A stretch of 20,000 nucleotides of DNA from Vicugna vicugna (taxonomy: Eukaryota). The position numbers were made by a program, and so were the translations under genes. The stretch covers positions 1,159,161-1,179,160 of the forward strand of contig MU057632.1 of assembly GCA_013265495.1 (NCBI GenBank), given 5' to 3'. Under the pieces are notes generated by a model. It saw nothing but the letters and a program-made list of their open reading frames with translations. It had not been told where the DNA came from and did no database searches. Below are positions 11,311 to 20,000 of this stretch, in pieces. The stretch's first letter is position 1; every line of letters starts with the position of its first letter.

Positions 11311-12507
11311 CTGTAGAAGAAAAATAAATGGTTAAGATGCAAAAGAGAGGAAACAGCTGTCATGTAAGACACCATCTTCATGTCTCTTTATGTCTTTCCC
11401 CTTTTTAAAGAATTAATATATGCCTGCTCTATTTATAAGTATAGCATGCAAGAAAAAAAGAGAAGATTCTAATTGAGATTAAAAATTCAGTACATGAAAG
11501 AAATGTGAGAATTATATTAATACATTAAATTCCATGTTGACAAGTTTCATGGTCAATAGTCTAGCCTCAAGGCTATTCTGAGCTGGTGTCTTTAAACAAT
11601 GAACCTCTCAAAAGGTGCTTTCAGGGCACGTTTAGACAATTGAGGCTTGGTACTAATTCTTCTGAGAATACTGCTTCTCATAGCCTTCCCCAAGGAGCCC
11701 CCTCTTCCACACCTACCTTCTCCTAAGCTTATGATGGTTTTAGCCTCAGGGGGACCCTGTTTTGCTTGCAGGTCTCTGCAACTCTCACTCCTTAAGGAGC
11801 CCACACCACCCTTTAGCACCAGGCTTGCCAGGATCTAGGCAGCGCCATCTCTTTAAGGAATAACCCCTCTCCTGCCCTGATGTTTGGTTATTCTTGCTGT
11901 GACTATAAAGTATCATGAAATAAATCAAGATAAAACATGCTCATAAACATAAACTTGAAAAAATGGTAATAATATAACTATCACGGAACTGTTGTTTAAA
12001 TTATTCCCACATCAAATACAAAAACTAAGGCCATTAACTCTAAAGCAGAATAATTTCCAGTGTCTTCTGAAAAAGTGCATATTCAAGCTGTCATTATATT
12101 CTAAGGACCATTTCCCTAAAAACTGGGGGGCATTGTGCCGTCTATCTGTAATTATGCTGCTTCTAAGAAACGTGTCTCCATAGATGCAAGGAGTAAGGAC
12201 TCCATCTGGAAATCTAGTCATTTCAAAGTCAGTATATCTGCTAGTTATCATGGTATAGGCATTCCCAAAAGCCTTCTGCTAATGATTAACTATGAACATT
12301 TCTATCCCTTATGTGTTACTGAATCAAGCCATCTCTGTCTTTTTATTTTATAATTACTTGGAAAAATACAGTACTTAAAATACAGCTGGGTTTTAATTTA
12401 AGCAAGCAACGTAAAAATAAAGATATCTATGAGAATAAATTAGAGTGTGCCTGCTTGCTTTACAGAGAAAAAATAAATAAATAAACAAAACCTTAACTTG
12501 CTTAAAT

Positions 12508-12730
12508 CAGGGGTTGGTGAACTATCACCTGTAGACTAAATCCAGCTTACCACCTCTTTTTGTAAATAAAATTTTATTAGAACATAGTCATGTCCACTCA
12601 TTTACACGTTGCCCATGGCTGCTTCCTGATCTAAGGGCAGAATTAAGTAGTTGCAACAGAGACCACATGGCCTACAAAGCCTACATTTTTTACCATCCGG
12701 ATCTTTACAGAAAAAGTATGTCAACTTCTG
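12508..12730 (+). mobile_element. Full-length MER58A-like hAT MITE with 8-bp TSD
   Basis: caggggttgg...gtcaacttctg termini; internal ttttgtaaataaaattttattagaacatag; TSD gcttaaat (12500-12507) / gcttagat (12731-12738). Confidence 0.9.
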
Positions 12731-12790
12731 GCTTAGATTTTCTAGAGTGTTTTCAACAGTGGGCATTTCTGATGAATTAGTGGGTTTTAC

Positions 12791-13136
12791 TGATAAAACC
12801 TAGCCTAGCTTATGATTTTGAGAGGAATGTGTCTATTATTTATGGGGTGATCCACCCCATATTTACAATGACTTGAAAAGTCTCCATCATTGCCATTCAG
12901 TGCAGAAGGTCCTTGGCTAGGATTCTATTACATGATGAGAGAAGATGGATAATTCTTGTTCCCATGATAAAACCTATCCTAGCTTATGATTTTGAGGGGA
13001 ATGTGTCTATTTATGGGGTGATCCACCCCATATTTACAATGACTTGAAAAGTCTCCATCGTTGCCGTTCAGTGCAGAAGGTCCTTGGCTAGGATTCTATT
13101 ACATGATGAGAGAAGTATGGATAATTCTTGTTCCCA
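12791..13136. repeat. Head-to-tail tandem duplication, 174 bp (12791-12964) + 172 bp (12965-13136)
   Basis: The copies differ by 4 substitutions, one 3-bp indel and one 1-bp indel. Confidence 0.97.
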
Positions 13137-13437
13137 TCCTCTAGTCTCCTCTCTATATGTTAAAGATAGAATTGCTTGTCCTTCAGCAGCACTTTTTTTG
13201 ATATTTTATATCAATGGAATGGGGAGTGGCTTGCAGGGCAAAAAATAAACTGACCTTTGGTTTTTAGTGTTTTTCAATATCCACCAGTCTCTCACCCCTT
13301 ATTTTTACAAAATACAGATGCACTACACTGAGGTAGAACATCTCCAGGCTTGAATCAATGCAGTCCCCCATTTTTTTCTGCTCCTTTACCCAGCCTGCTT
13401 AGTACTGTTGGAGAAAACTCAATGCAAATTGGGAGCA

Positions 13438-14230
13438 CCAATTCAAAAAAATCTACAAATCATAAATGATGGAGAAGGTGTGGAGAAAAGGGAATCTTCC
13501 TACACTGTCAGTGGGGATGTAAATTGGTGCAGCCACTGTGGCAAACAGTTTGAAAGTTCCTCAAAAAACTAAAAATAGAGTTACCAAATGATCCAGCAAT
13601 CCCACTCTTGGGCATATATTTCCAGAAAATGAAAACTTTAATTGATACATGCATCCCCAGTGTTCATAGCAGCACTGTTTACAATAGCTAACACATGGAA
13701 GCAACCTAAATGTCCATCAACAATGACTGGATAAAGAAGATGTGGTATATTTATACAATGGAATACTACTCAGCCATAAAAAAGAATAAAATGATGCAGC
13801 AACATGGATGGATCTAGAGTTTATCACACTAAGTAAAGTAAGTCAGACAGACAAAGACAAATATCATATGATATCACTTACATGTCTTGTAGGATCTAAA
13901 AAAATGATACAGATGAATTTACTTACAAAACTGAAATAGACTCACTGATGTAGAAAACAAATTTATGGTTACTGAAGGGGAAAGGGAGGGGGATAAATTA
14001 GGAATTTGAGATTAACAGACATTACTATATAAAACGGATAAACAGTAAGGACCTACTGTATAGAACAAAGAACTATATTTAATATCTTGTAATAACCTAT
14101 AATGGGAAAGAATCTGAAAAAGAATATTTATATATATGTATAACTGAATCACTTTGCTGTACTCCTGAAACTTAACACAACATTTTAAATCAACTACAAC
14201 AAATGTTAAACAAACAACAAACAAAAAAAA
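13438..14230 (+). mobile_element. 5'-truncated cetartiodactyl-type L1 (ORF2 C-terminus, 3' UTR, A-rich tail)
   Basis: ggagaaggtgtggagaaaaggg...gatccagcaatcccactcttgggc...gaatcactttgctgtactcctgaaac..., then an aaac/A-rich tail; possible imperfect TSD gagcaccaat/gagcagaccaat. Confidence 0.92.
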
Positions 14231-14749
14231 GAGCAGACCAATAAAAAAACGGGGGCTGAGGTACCAGACAATCATGGTCTGTAACTTCAGCCAGGCTTTC
14301 TGGAAACCTTGTCCACATCTCCAGCCATATCCATTTCTCATTCCTACAAAAGATGTGTAACCTCACGACATTTCTCCTCTCATGAATTGTTGTCAAGAGA
14401 GTATCTTCATATCCTCTGTTATCAAACAGGAATTTCCTCAGTGTGCTCTTCTAGGATGAACTAAATCTCTGAAGTGATTATCACCTACTTTGCTTCAGGT
14501 TTGAGATAACACAGATCACACTGTCAAATCAAAATGGAGCTCTTAGCAAGGGATAAGATGAAACTTGATAATAATTTGAAATATACACATAATCAAGAGG
14601 CATAGATAAAGCAGAGGGAGGTCCAAGACCACCAGCATAGCTCCTGATATCCAGTCCTTTCTGCCTATACTCCCTGACCAACCCTTCTCCCTGATTCCAC
14701 CCCAACCTTTCTTAGTAGTCATTCTTCCCCAGTTCAGATAATGCCTCCT

Positions 14750-15000
14750 CATTTGTCAAAATTCAATTCAGACAGCTTCTTTCAGAAAACCTCCCCTGAG
14801 TCCCTGGGAAAGATTTTTTCTATCTACATCCTCCACTTCCTCATGGCCCTCTTCTGGTTGTATTGTAACCATTTTACTGTCTCTTTACTGGAGTAAGAAA
14901 CACGTAAGTGGAAACTTTTGGTTCCTTTTTCTGTATCTCTGGCTACCAGTGTGGTGCCTGCATCAGATTAGGTGTTTAATAAATGCTTATTAAAGGATGA
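14750..15000 (+). mobile_element. L2 3'-end fragment
   Basis: tctgtatctctggctaccagtgtggtgcctgcatcagattaggtgtttaataaatgcttattaaaggatga. Confidence 0.65.
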
Positions 15001-15009
15001 AGATATTAA

Positions 15010-15262
15010 GGATGTCTGCCCTCTGATACAATATAGGTTTAAAGGGAGGAAAACAATATAGGAAGAAGTGATGAAAATACAATATATTAAGAGTGATCAC
15101 AGATGCAAAAAGCTACAGGAACATCACAGGGAACCACTAACTCTGCTCCAGGGAGTCCTGGAGAATTACACAAAGCAGCAAGGAGAAATAAAGCTGCATG
15201 TGAAGAGAGAAGAGACTTCGCTAGGCAGAGGGGGAAGGATGTGATGGGCAGAGGGAATAGTA
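15010..15262 (-). mobile_element. L2 fragment (antisense)
   Basis: gctacaggaacatcacagggaaccactaactctg...gctaggcagagggggaaggatgtgatgggcagagggaatag resembles antisense L2c/d; accounts for ORFs 15087..15326 and 15103..15330. Confidence 0.55.
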
Positions 15263-15415
15263 GTTCTGAAGTCATCATTATCATTCTGCAATACTCAACT
15301 ATAACGAGGAAAATTAGGTGCCTCATGTGATAAATTATTCAAGTTTTATGCTTTGTTTAGTTACAGAAAGCATCTGGTATTTCAGTATTTACAAAGGAAG
15401 TGAATTTAGCCTCAC

Positions 15416-15480
15416 ATTTGTATTATTGGATGATGGAAGTATTTTTAAAATCAGTGCATCTTTTGAAGACAGATTTTTTC
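15416..15480 (-). pseudogene. Candidate exon D (65 nt, phase 0-2): EKICLQKMH*F*KYFHHPIIQ
   Basis: Acceptor gatccatag| with a poor pyrimidine tract, after a 93-nt intron; donor AAT|gtgagg; supplies the 0-to-2 phase change needed to reach exon E. Confidence 0.35.
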
Positions 15481-15573
15481 CTATGGATCGTTATGCAATA
15501 ATTATTACAGATGTACTGTGAATTATTGATTTAGCAAGCAATTGAGTTTTAAAACTGTTAAAACCAAACTTAC

Positions 15574-15723
15574 ATGTATTTTATTTTTTATGATTCATGC
15601 ATCTGAGTATACAAGCCAGTTCTTTATGTTTGGAAGAAATACAAACATTATACTAAACAAGTATTCAAATAACTAAGGGAAGTGTTCCATCAATTGTCCT
15701 GAAGTTCATGATTATTTCAGAAC
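15574..15723 (-). pseudogene. Candidate exon C (150 nt, phase 0-0): VLK*S*TSGQLMEHFP*LFEYLFSIMFVFLPNIKNWLVYSDA*IIKNKIH
   Basis: Acceptor atttagcttcag|GTT; consensus donor CAT|gtaagt; length is a multiple of 3; 4 stops. Confidence 0.5.
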
Positions 15724-15811
15724 CTGAAGCTAAATTTTTTATTATAAAAAATGACTGGGAAGACAGTTGTGTAAATAAGCTAATGCCATATAAACTGGGT
15801 TTAAGGGTAAA

Positions 15812-16139
15812 TACCACTGTTTGAATATTTTTGTCCTTCACCCTGAATTCATAGGTTGAATCCTAACCTCCCAGATGGTGGTATTAGGAGTGAGGACTTT
15901 GGGAGGTGATTTGGTTATGGACATCCTGCCCTCAGGAGGGGGGATTAATGTCCTTACAAAAGAGGCCTGACAGGGCTCCCTTGCCCCATACACCATGTGA
16001 GGACGCAGCAAGAAGTTACCATATATTTGATTGCATCTTGGACTTCCTAGCCTCCAGAACTGTGAGAAATAAATTTTTGTTGTTTATAAGCCACCTAGTT
16101 CATGGCATTTTGTTATAGCTGCCTGAACAGACTGACACA
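15812..16139 (+). mobile_element. MLT1A-like MaLR solo LTR
   Basis: tggtattaggagtgaggactttgggaggtga...cttggacttcctagcctccagaactgtgagaaataaatttttgttgtttataagccacc...gactgacaca. Confidence 0.9.
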
Positions 16140-16304
16140 AGTACTGTGTACAACAGCTGTGGCATTGGAGAGGGTAATGTATCAAGGTTAACTCATAGAA
16201 ATAATATGAGAGAAGGTAATACATTTAAAGCAGAAATGTATAGGTTAATGAGAACTTACGAAGAGACACACAAGAAGACAGGGACCCAGGATCATACTTT
16301 GAAT

Positions 16305-16718
16305 TTTTTTTTAAATCAAATGTTCTTTTCTGAATCTGTGGAGACGATCATATGGTTTTTGTCCTTTCTTTTGTTGATGTGGTGTATCACATTGTTTGAT
16401 TTGTGTATGTTGAACAATCCTTGTGTCCGTGGGATGAATCTGACTTGATCATAGTATAAGATCATTTCATGTGTTGTTGGATTCAGTTTGGTATTATTTT
16501 GTTGAGAATTTTTGCATCTACATTCATAAAAGATATTAGCTTGTAATTTTCTGTTTTGGTTAGTGTCTTTGTCTGGTTTTGTTATAAGGGTGATGATGGC
16601 TTCATAGAATAACTGTGGGAACGTTCCCTCCTCTTCAGCCTTTTGGAAGAGTATGAGAAAGATCAGTATATGTTCTTCTTTGTATATTTGGTAGAATTCC
16701 CCAGTGAAGCCTTCCAGG
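16305..16718 (-). mobile_element. Internal L1 ORF2 fragment (Z/RT-start region) flanked by direct repeats
   Basis: Minus strand encodes GFTGEFYQ...; flanked by ccaggatcatactttgaat (16286-16304) and ccaggatcatgctttaaat (16719-16737). Confidence 0.88.
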
Positions 16719-16744
16719 CCAGGATCATGCTTTAAATGAATTAA

Positions 16745-18560
16745 CTGTTTCTATTTATTTTTCTGTAAATTTACTTTATGCATTTAGGAGCTATGTTTTT
16801 GGGTGCATAGAAATTTAATTTTCCTATAGTTTCCATAAGAATTTAACTTTTTATTAATATAAGTTATTCTCTTATTTTTAAAGTCCATTTTTTTCTAATC
16901 TTAATATGAATACACTGTCTTTCTTTTGGTTAGTATTTTCATTTTTTATTTTTTACCTTTCTGTATACATATGTGTAGATGTGGATATCATATATAATAT
17001 ATAGCTGTATTTTTTAATACAATCTTTTAAAATAAAGCATTTCTACCTTGTCTTTCTGTGTTTTGTACTTGACCCACCATATCTGCATTCGGTCTTTCAT
17101 TTCTTGCCTCTTTTTAAAATTCATTGCTTTTTAACTTATTACATTTCTTTGCTTACAATTTATTTCACTTTTCTTTTTTTTCCAAAGATTTTTAAAATTT
17201 GTACTTCTTAAAGACTAATATTCATCATATCTTTACTCCTTTACAAGCAAGATACCTAACTTCAATACACTGAAATACAATTGATTTTAATGAGTCTCTT
17301 GCCAGAAAATTTTGCAGTTTCACTTTGTATGAAATGTCTACAAGAAAATCTTATTCCTGAAAGATATTCTAACTGGGTATATAAATCTGGTTGGCACTTG
17401 TAATGTTTTTCTTAGCACATTATGCCATTATCTTCTAACTCTGAATGTTGAGAATCCAGATGACACTCTAAATATTGCTTTTTTGTTTAGTTTTTTTGTT
17501 TTGTTTGTTTTAAATGAGATAATTAGACTTTTCTGTCTGATTTTGAGATAGTTTGTCTTAGGTGTTTTTCAGTTTCACCATGATGTGACTTGGTATAGGT
17601 GTTTTTTGTTTGGGGTCTACTTCCAAGCTTCAGGAACCTAGCTTTTTTTTTTTTTTTTTGGTCTTTTTTCACAATTGGGTGAATGTTGCTTCTGGTCTAC
17701 TTTCTGTTTATTTCTGGTTTTGATTAGATATATATTAGATGTTCATATTTCCCTTTGTATCTTTAACTCTTTTCTATGTTGTTTATTTCTTTTCCTTTTT
17801 ATATTATATGCAGATGTGGTTTTTGATTTCTATTTCAGTTTATTAATTCCCTCTTTAGCTCATTAAACATATCCATTGAATTTTTCAACTCAATATTCAT
17901 ACTTTCCATAGCTGAAAGTGTTTATTTAAATATTTATTCAAATATTTTTGGACATTTTAATAAGTATGTTTTTCCTTGAAAATATTTTAATTATTTGAAA
18001 AGTTTACTTAAACATATTATATACATACTTCTTATATTCTGGTCTTATAATTTCAAAATGTTAAGATTTTGCAGGTTTTATTGTGCTGTCAGTTCTTTTG
18101 CTTATTTTTGCTTGTGTTTCCTTCTTTGCTTTTCTCTTCTACATTTTAATGGTGACCTCATCCTTTTTTGGATTTTTATGTTAGAAAACACTTTAACACC
18201 TTATTTGAACTGATTTAGTATAAAAGGACTTAGCACTCACTTCTACCAGTTGCTTAGAATTATTACCACCAAGAATGGGTTTAAGTTGAATACTTGACTT
18301 CTTTTTTCAAACCTATGCAAAACATATGATTTAAATCTTTAACCTTAAGTGAGAAACAATTCATGGTTAAAAATCAAAAAAGAATGTGTTTCACTCCTTT
18401 TATCCCGAGACTTATGACAGATAATTTTTCTTATAGTTTATAATAGATGTCTTTTTTCCTTCACATTTACACAGGGAAGCTTTTTGTGGGCATATCTTTA
18501 ATGATACATGCCCATTGTTCAAACCCTGGGTTTTGTCTCTAGACCCTGTGCTCATAGGCC
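16745..18560 (-). mobile_element. Ancient, highly decayed L1ME/HAL1-like element (ORF1/5' region), T-rich on the plus strand
   Basis: ttatgcatttaggagctatgtttttgggtgcatag; ttcctgaaagatattctaactgggtatataaatctggttggca; cagtttcaccatgatgtg; boundaries approximate. Confidence 0.6.
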
Positions 18561-18737
18561 ATGAGAACCGCATCTTAAATTTAGCTCCTTACATGGTCCA
18601 TTTATCAATGAATCTCAACAAATGAGTTTCCTTTCTTTCCCTCTAGTAAAATGTTTTTAGTTTTACTGTATTTTCTGTAATTTTCTTCCTTTTAACTCAA
18701 GGTTCAGAGACTATTTTTTTATAACTATATATTCAAC

Positions 18738-19432
18738 CTGTCAGTATACAGTACTGGTTTTACTTAAAATGAGTAAGCTTAATAAATAAGGTTTTATTGA
18801 CAGTATATCTCAAAAATCTTAGCACAGAAGGTTTAGCAATGTCAATTCATACTGTAACAGAGAAGAACAAATTGACTCCATATTGGGTCTATTCCTTTAG
18901 CTCTAATTTTTTGTTCTGTTGTCTGTGCTTAGTCTGCTAGCTCTGCACCTTTGTAAAAGAATGTTGCCTGTAGCGTGAGATATATGCCTGTGCTTGACCT
19001 TTAAAGTATAACACTTTTCATTCATATAGAGATAAAAAGTTGCAGAACAGAGAGTGACAATTGTCTTAATGGAGGTTTATAGGAACTTTTTGCCCAGATC
19101 TATGTGAACAGCTACAAGAACAAAGAATTCTGGCACCAAGAAGATTGCAACAACCAGCCACACCCCGCTCCCCTTTTTAGTATTAAAGGAGCCTGAATTC
19201 TAACTGGGGTAAGATGGTTCTTTGGGACACTATTCCACCATCTTCTTGGTCTGTTAGCTTTCCAAATAAAGTTGCTATTCCTTGTTCCAACACCTCATCG
19301 CTCAATTTGTTAGCTTGTTGTATGGCAAGTAGTATGAGCTTGGACTCAGTAACAATGCTTTTCAGGAATATTTTAGTAATGCATATATAGGATTGGAAAT
19401 TCATCAAACCACTGTCATTTTACTTTCCTTCA
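18738..19432 (-). pseudogene. Candidate exon B (189 nt after removing the LTR and one TSD copy; parts 19355-19432 and 18738-18848): *RKVK*QWFDEFPILYMHY*NIPEKH/ELTLLNLLC*DF*DILSIKPYLLSLLILSKTSTVY*Q
   Basis: Acceptor actttttctgaatactag|; weak donor CAG|gttgaa; the frame continues exactly across the LTR insertion site; 6 stops. Confidence 0.45.
18853..19354 (+). mobile_element. Solo ERV1-type LTR (~500 bp)
   Basis: TGTAAC...GTAACA termini; 4-bp TSD atac (18849-18852) / atgc (19355-19358); TATA-like gtattaaa at ~19180; AATAAA at 19265-19270; homologous to 1-241. Confidence 0.88.
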
Positions 19433-19535
19433 CTAGTATTCAGAAAAAGTTTTTTTTGTTAAATATGTCACATCAATTCTATCTAGTTTCTTTGTGTGAA
19501 ATTATGGTAATTATGCTATTACAAAAAATATATAC

Positions 19536-19573
19536 ATGTATTTTCAAAAATGAAACCCAATTAGCAAAATTCT
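19536..19573 (-). pseudogene. Candidate exon A (38 nt, phase 1-0): (E)NFANWVSFLKIH
   Basis: Long pyrimidine-rich acceptor ...tattccttttaacttcttgacctcag|AG; donor CAT|gtatat; frame is open. Confidence 0.45.
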
Positions 19574-19675
19574 CTGAGGTCAAGAAGTTAAAAGGAATAT
19601 AGCAATAGACGATTGAAATAAGAAAATACATCACCACAGAGTATGACCCAAAGGGTAACATCTTGCAGCGCAGCT

Positions 19676-19874
19676 NNNNNNNNNNNNNNNNNNNNNNNNN
19701 NNNNNNNNNNNNNNNNNNNNNNNNNNNNNNNNNNNNNNNNNNNNNNNNNNNNNNNNNNNNNNNNNNNNNNNNNNNNNNNNNNNNNNNNNNNNNNNNNNNN
19801 NNNNNNNNNNNNNNNNNNNNNNNNNNNNNNNNNNNNNNNNNNNNNNNNNNNNNNNNNNNNNNNNNNNNNNNNNN
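19676..19874. other. Assembly gap (199 N)
   Basis: Run of N; the ORFs spanning it are artefacts. Confidence 1.
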
Positions 19875-20000
19875 TTACAGTCATATTTTTCTCTCATAGC
19901 ATTCCCCAGTGCAAATCATGCATTAGTTCAGCCTTGTTGTGCCTGAGACAGTAGGTGACACTAAAACTGAATACCCAAGGTGATAAGTCATAGAATAGAT

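Larger units (their letters stand above)
4983..19573 (-). pseudogene. Putative multi-exon unprocessed pseudogene (3' part) of an unidentified, largely helical protein; continues beyond the gap/right edge
   Basis: Ten minus-strand segments are bounded by AG acceptors and GT/GC donors and lie in the non-repeat islands. Their phases chain 1-0,0-0,0-0,0-2,2-2,2-2,2-2,2-0,0-2,2-end once anchored on the only open frame of the 11140-11310 exon. There are ~24 internal stops (13 TGA, 8 TAA, 3 TAG by hand count). No homolog was recognised. Confidence 0.55.

Noticed and set aside
14012..14341. 109-aa hydrophobic minus-strand ORF resembling a membrane peptide
   Set aside because: Mostly the antisense of an L1 3' UTR and A-rich tail; the hydrophobicity comes from T-rich codons.
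15318..15521. Plus-strand exon-like ORF after ctttgtttag
   Set aside because: No plus-strand donor or partner exons; the minus-strand reading fits the larger exon chain better.
16146..18213. Phe/Leu-rich plus-strand ORFs (16146..16448, 17675..17866, 17995..18213)
   Set aside because: Antisense reads of L1-derived T-rich sequence.
19588..19954. Four ORFs of 78-103 aa spanning the N run
   Set aside because: Open only because N codons are not stops.
1..20000. Prokaryotic systems (CRISPR, operons, retrons), tRNA or rRNA genes
   Set aside because: The sequence is mammalian and repeat-rich; no repeat-spacer array, cloverleaf or rRNA motif was seen.

Overview
AT-rich mammalian (non-prokaryotic) genomic DNA. 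The young L1 3' ends and ERV LTRs look cetartiodactyl-like, and I saw no BovB/Bov-A or PRE SINEs, so a camelid or cetacean is plausible (inference). Most of the window is interspersed repeats: L1 of several ages, L2, CR1/L3, MLT1 LTRs, MER58-type hAT elements and two related ERV1-type LTRs. There is also a 174/172-bp tandem duplication and a 199-N assembly gap. None of the supplied ORFs is a credible intact gene. The main hidden signal is a chain of about 10 splice-site-bounded, phase-compatible segments on the minus strand (19573 down to ~4983). They splice into ~430 codons of protein-like sequence with ~24 in-frame stops, suggesting the 3' part of an old unprocessed (possibly unitary) pseudogene that I cannot name. 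One exon is split by a solo LTR whose removal restores the reading frame. A CpG-retaining CRE/E-box/GATA element at ~5330-5640 may be an active promoter or enhancer, possibly driving an antisense transcript. Repeat subfamily names come from recalled consensus motifs, not a database search.
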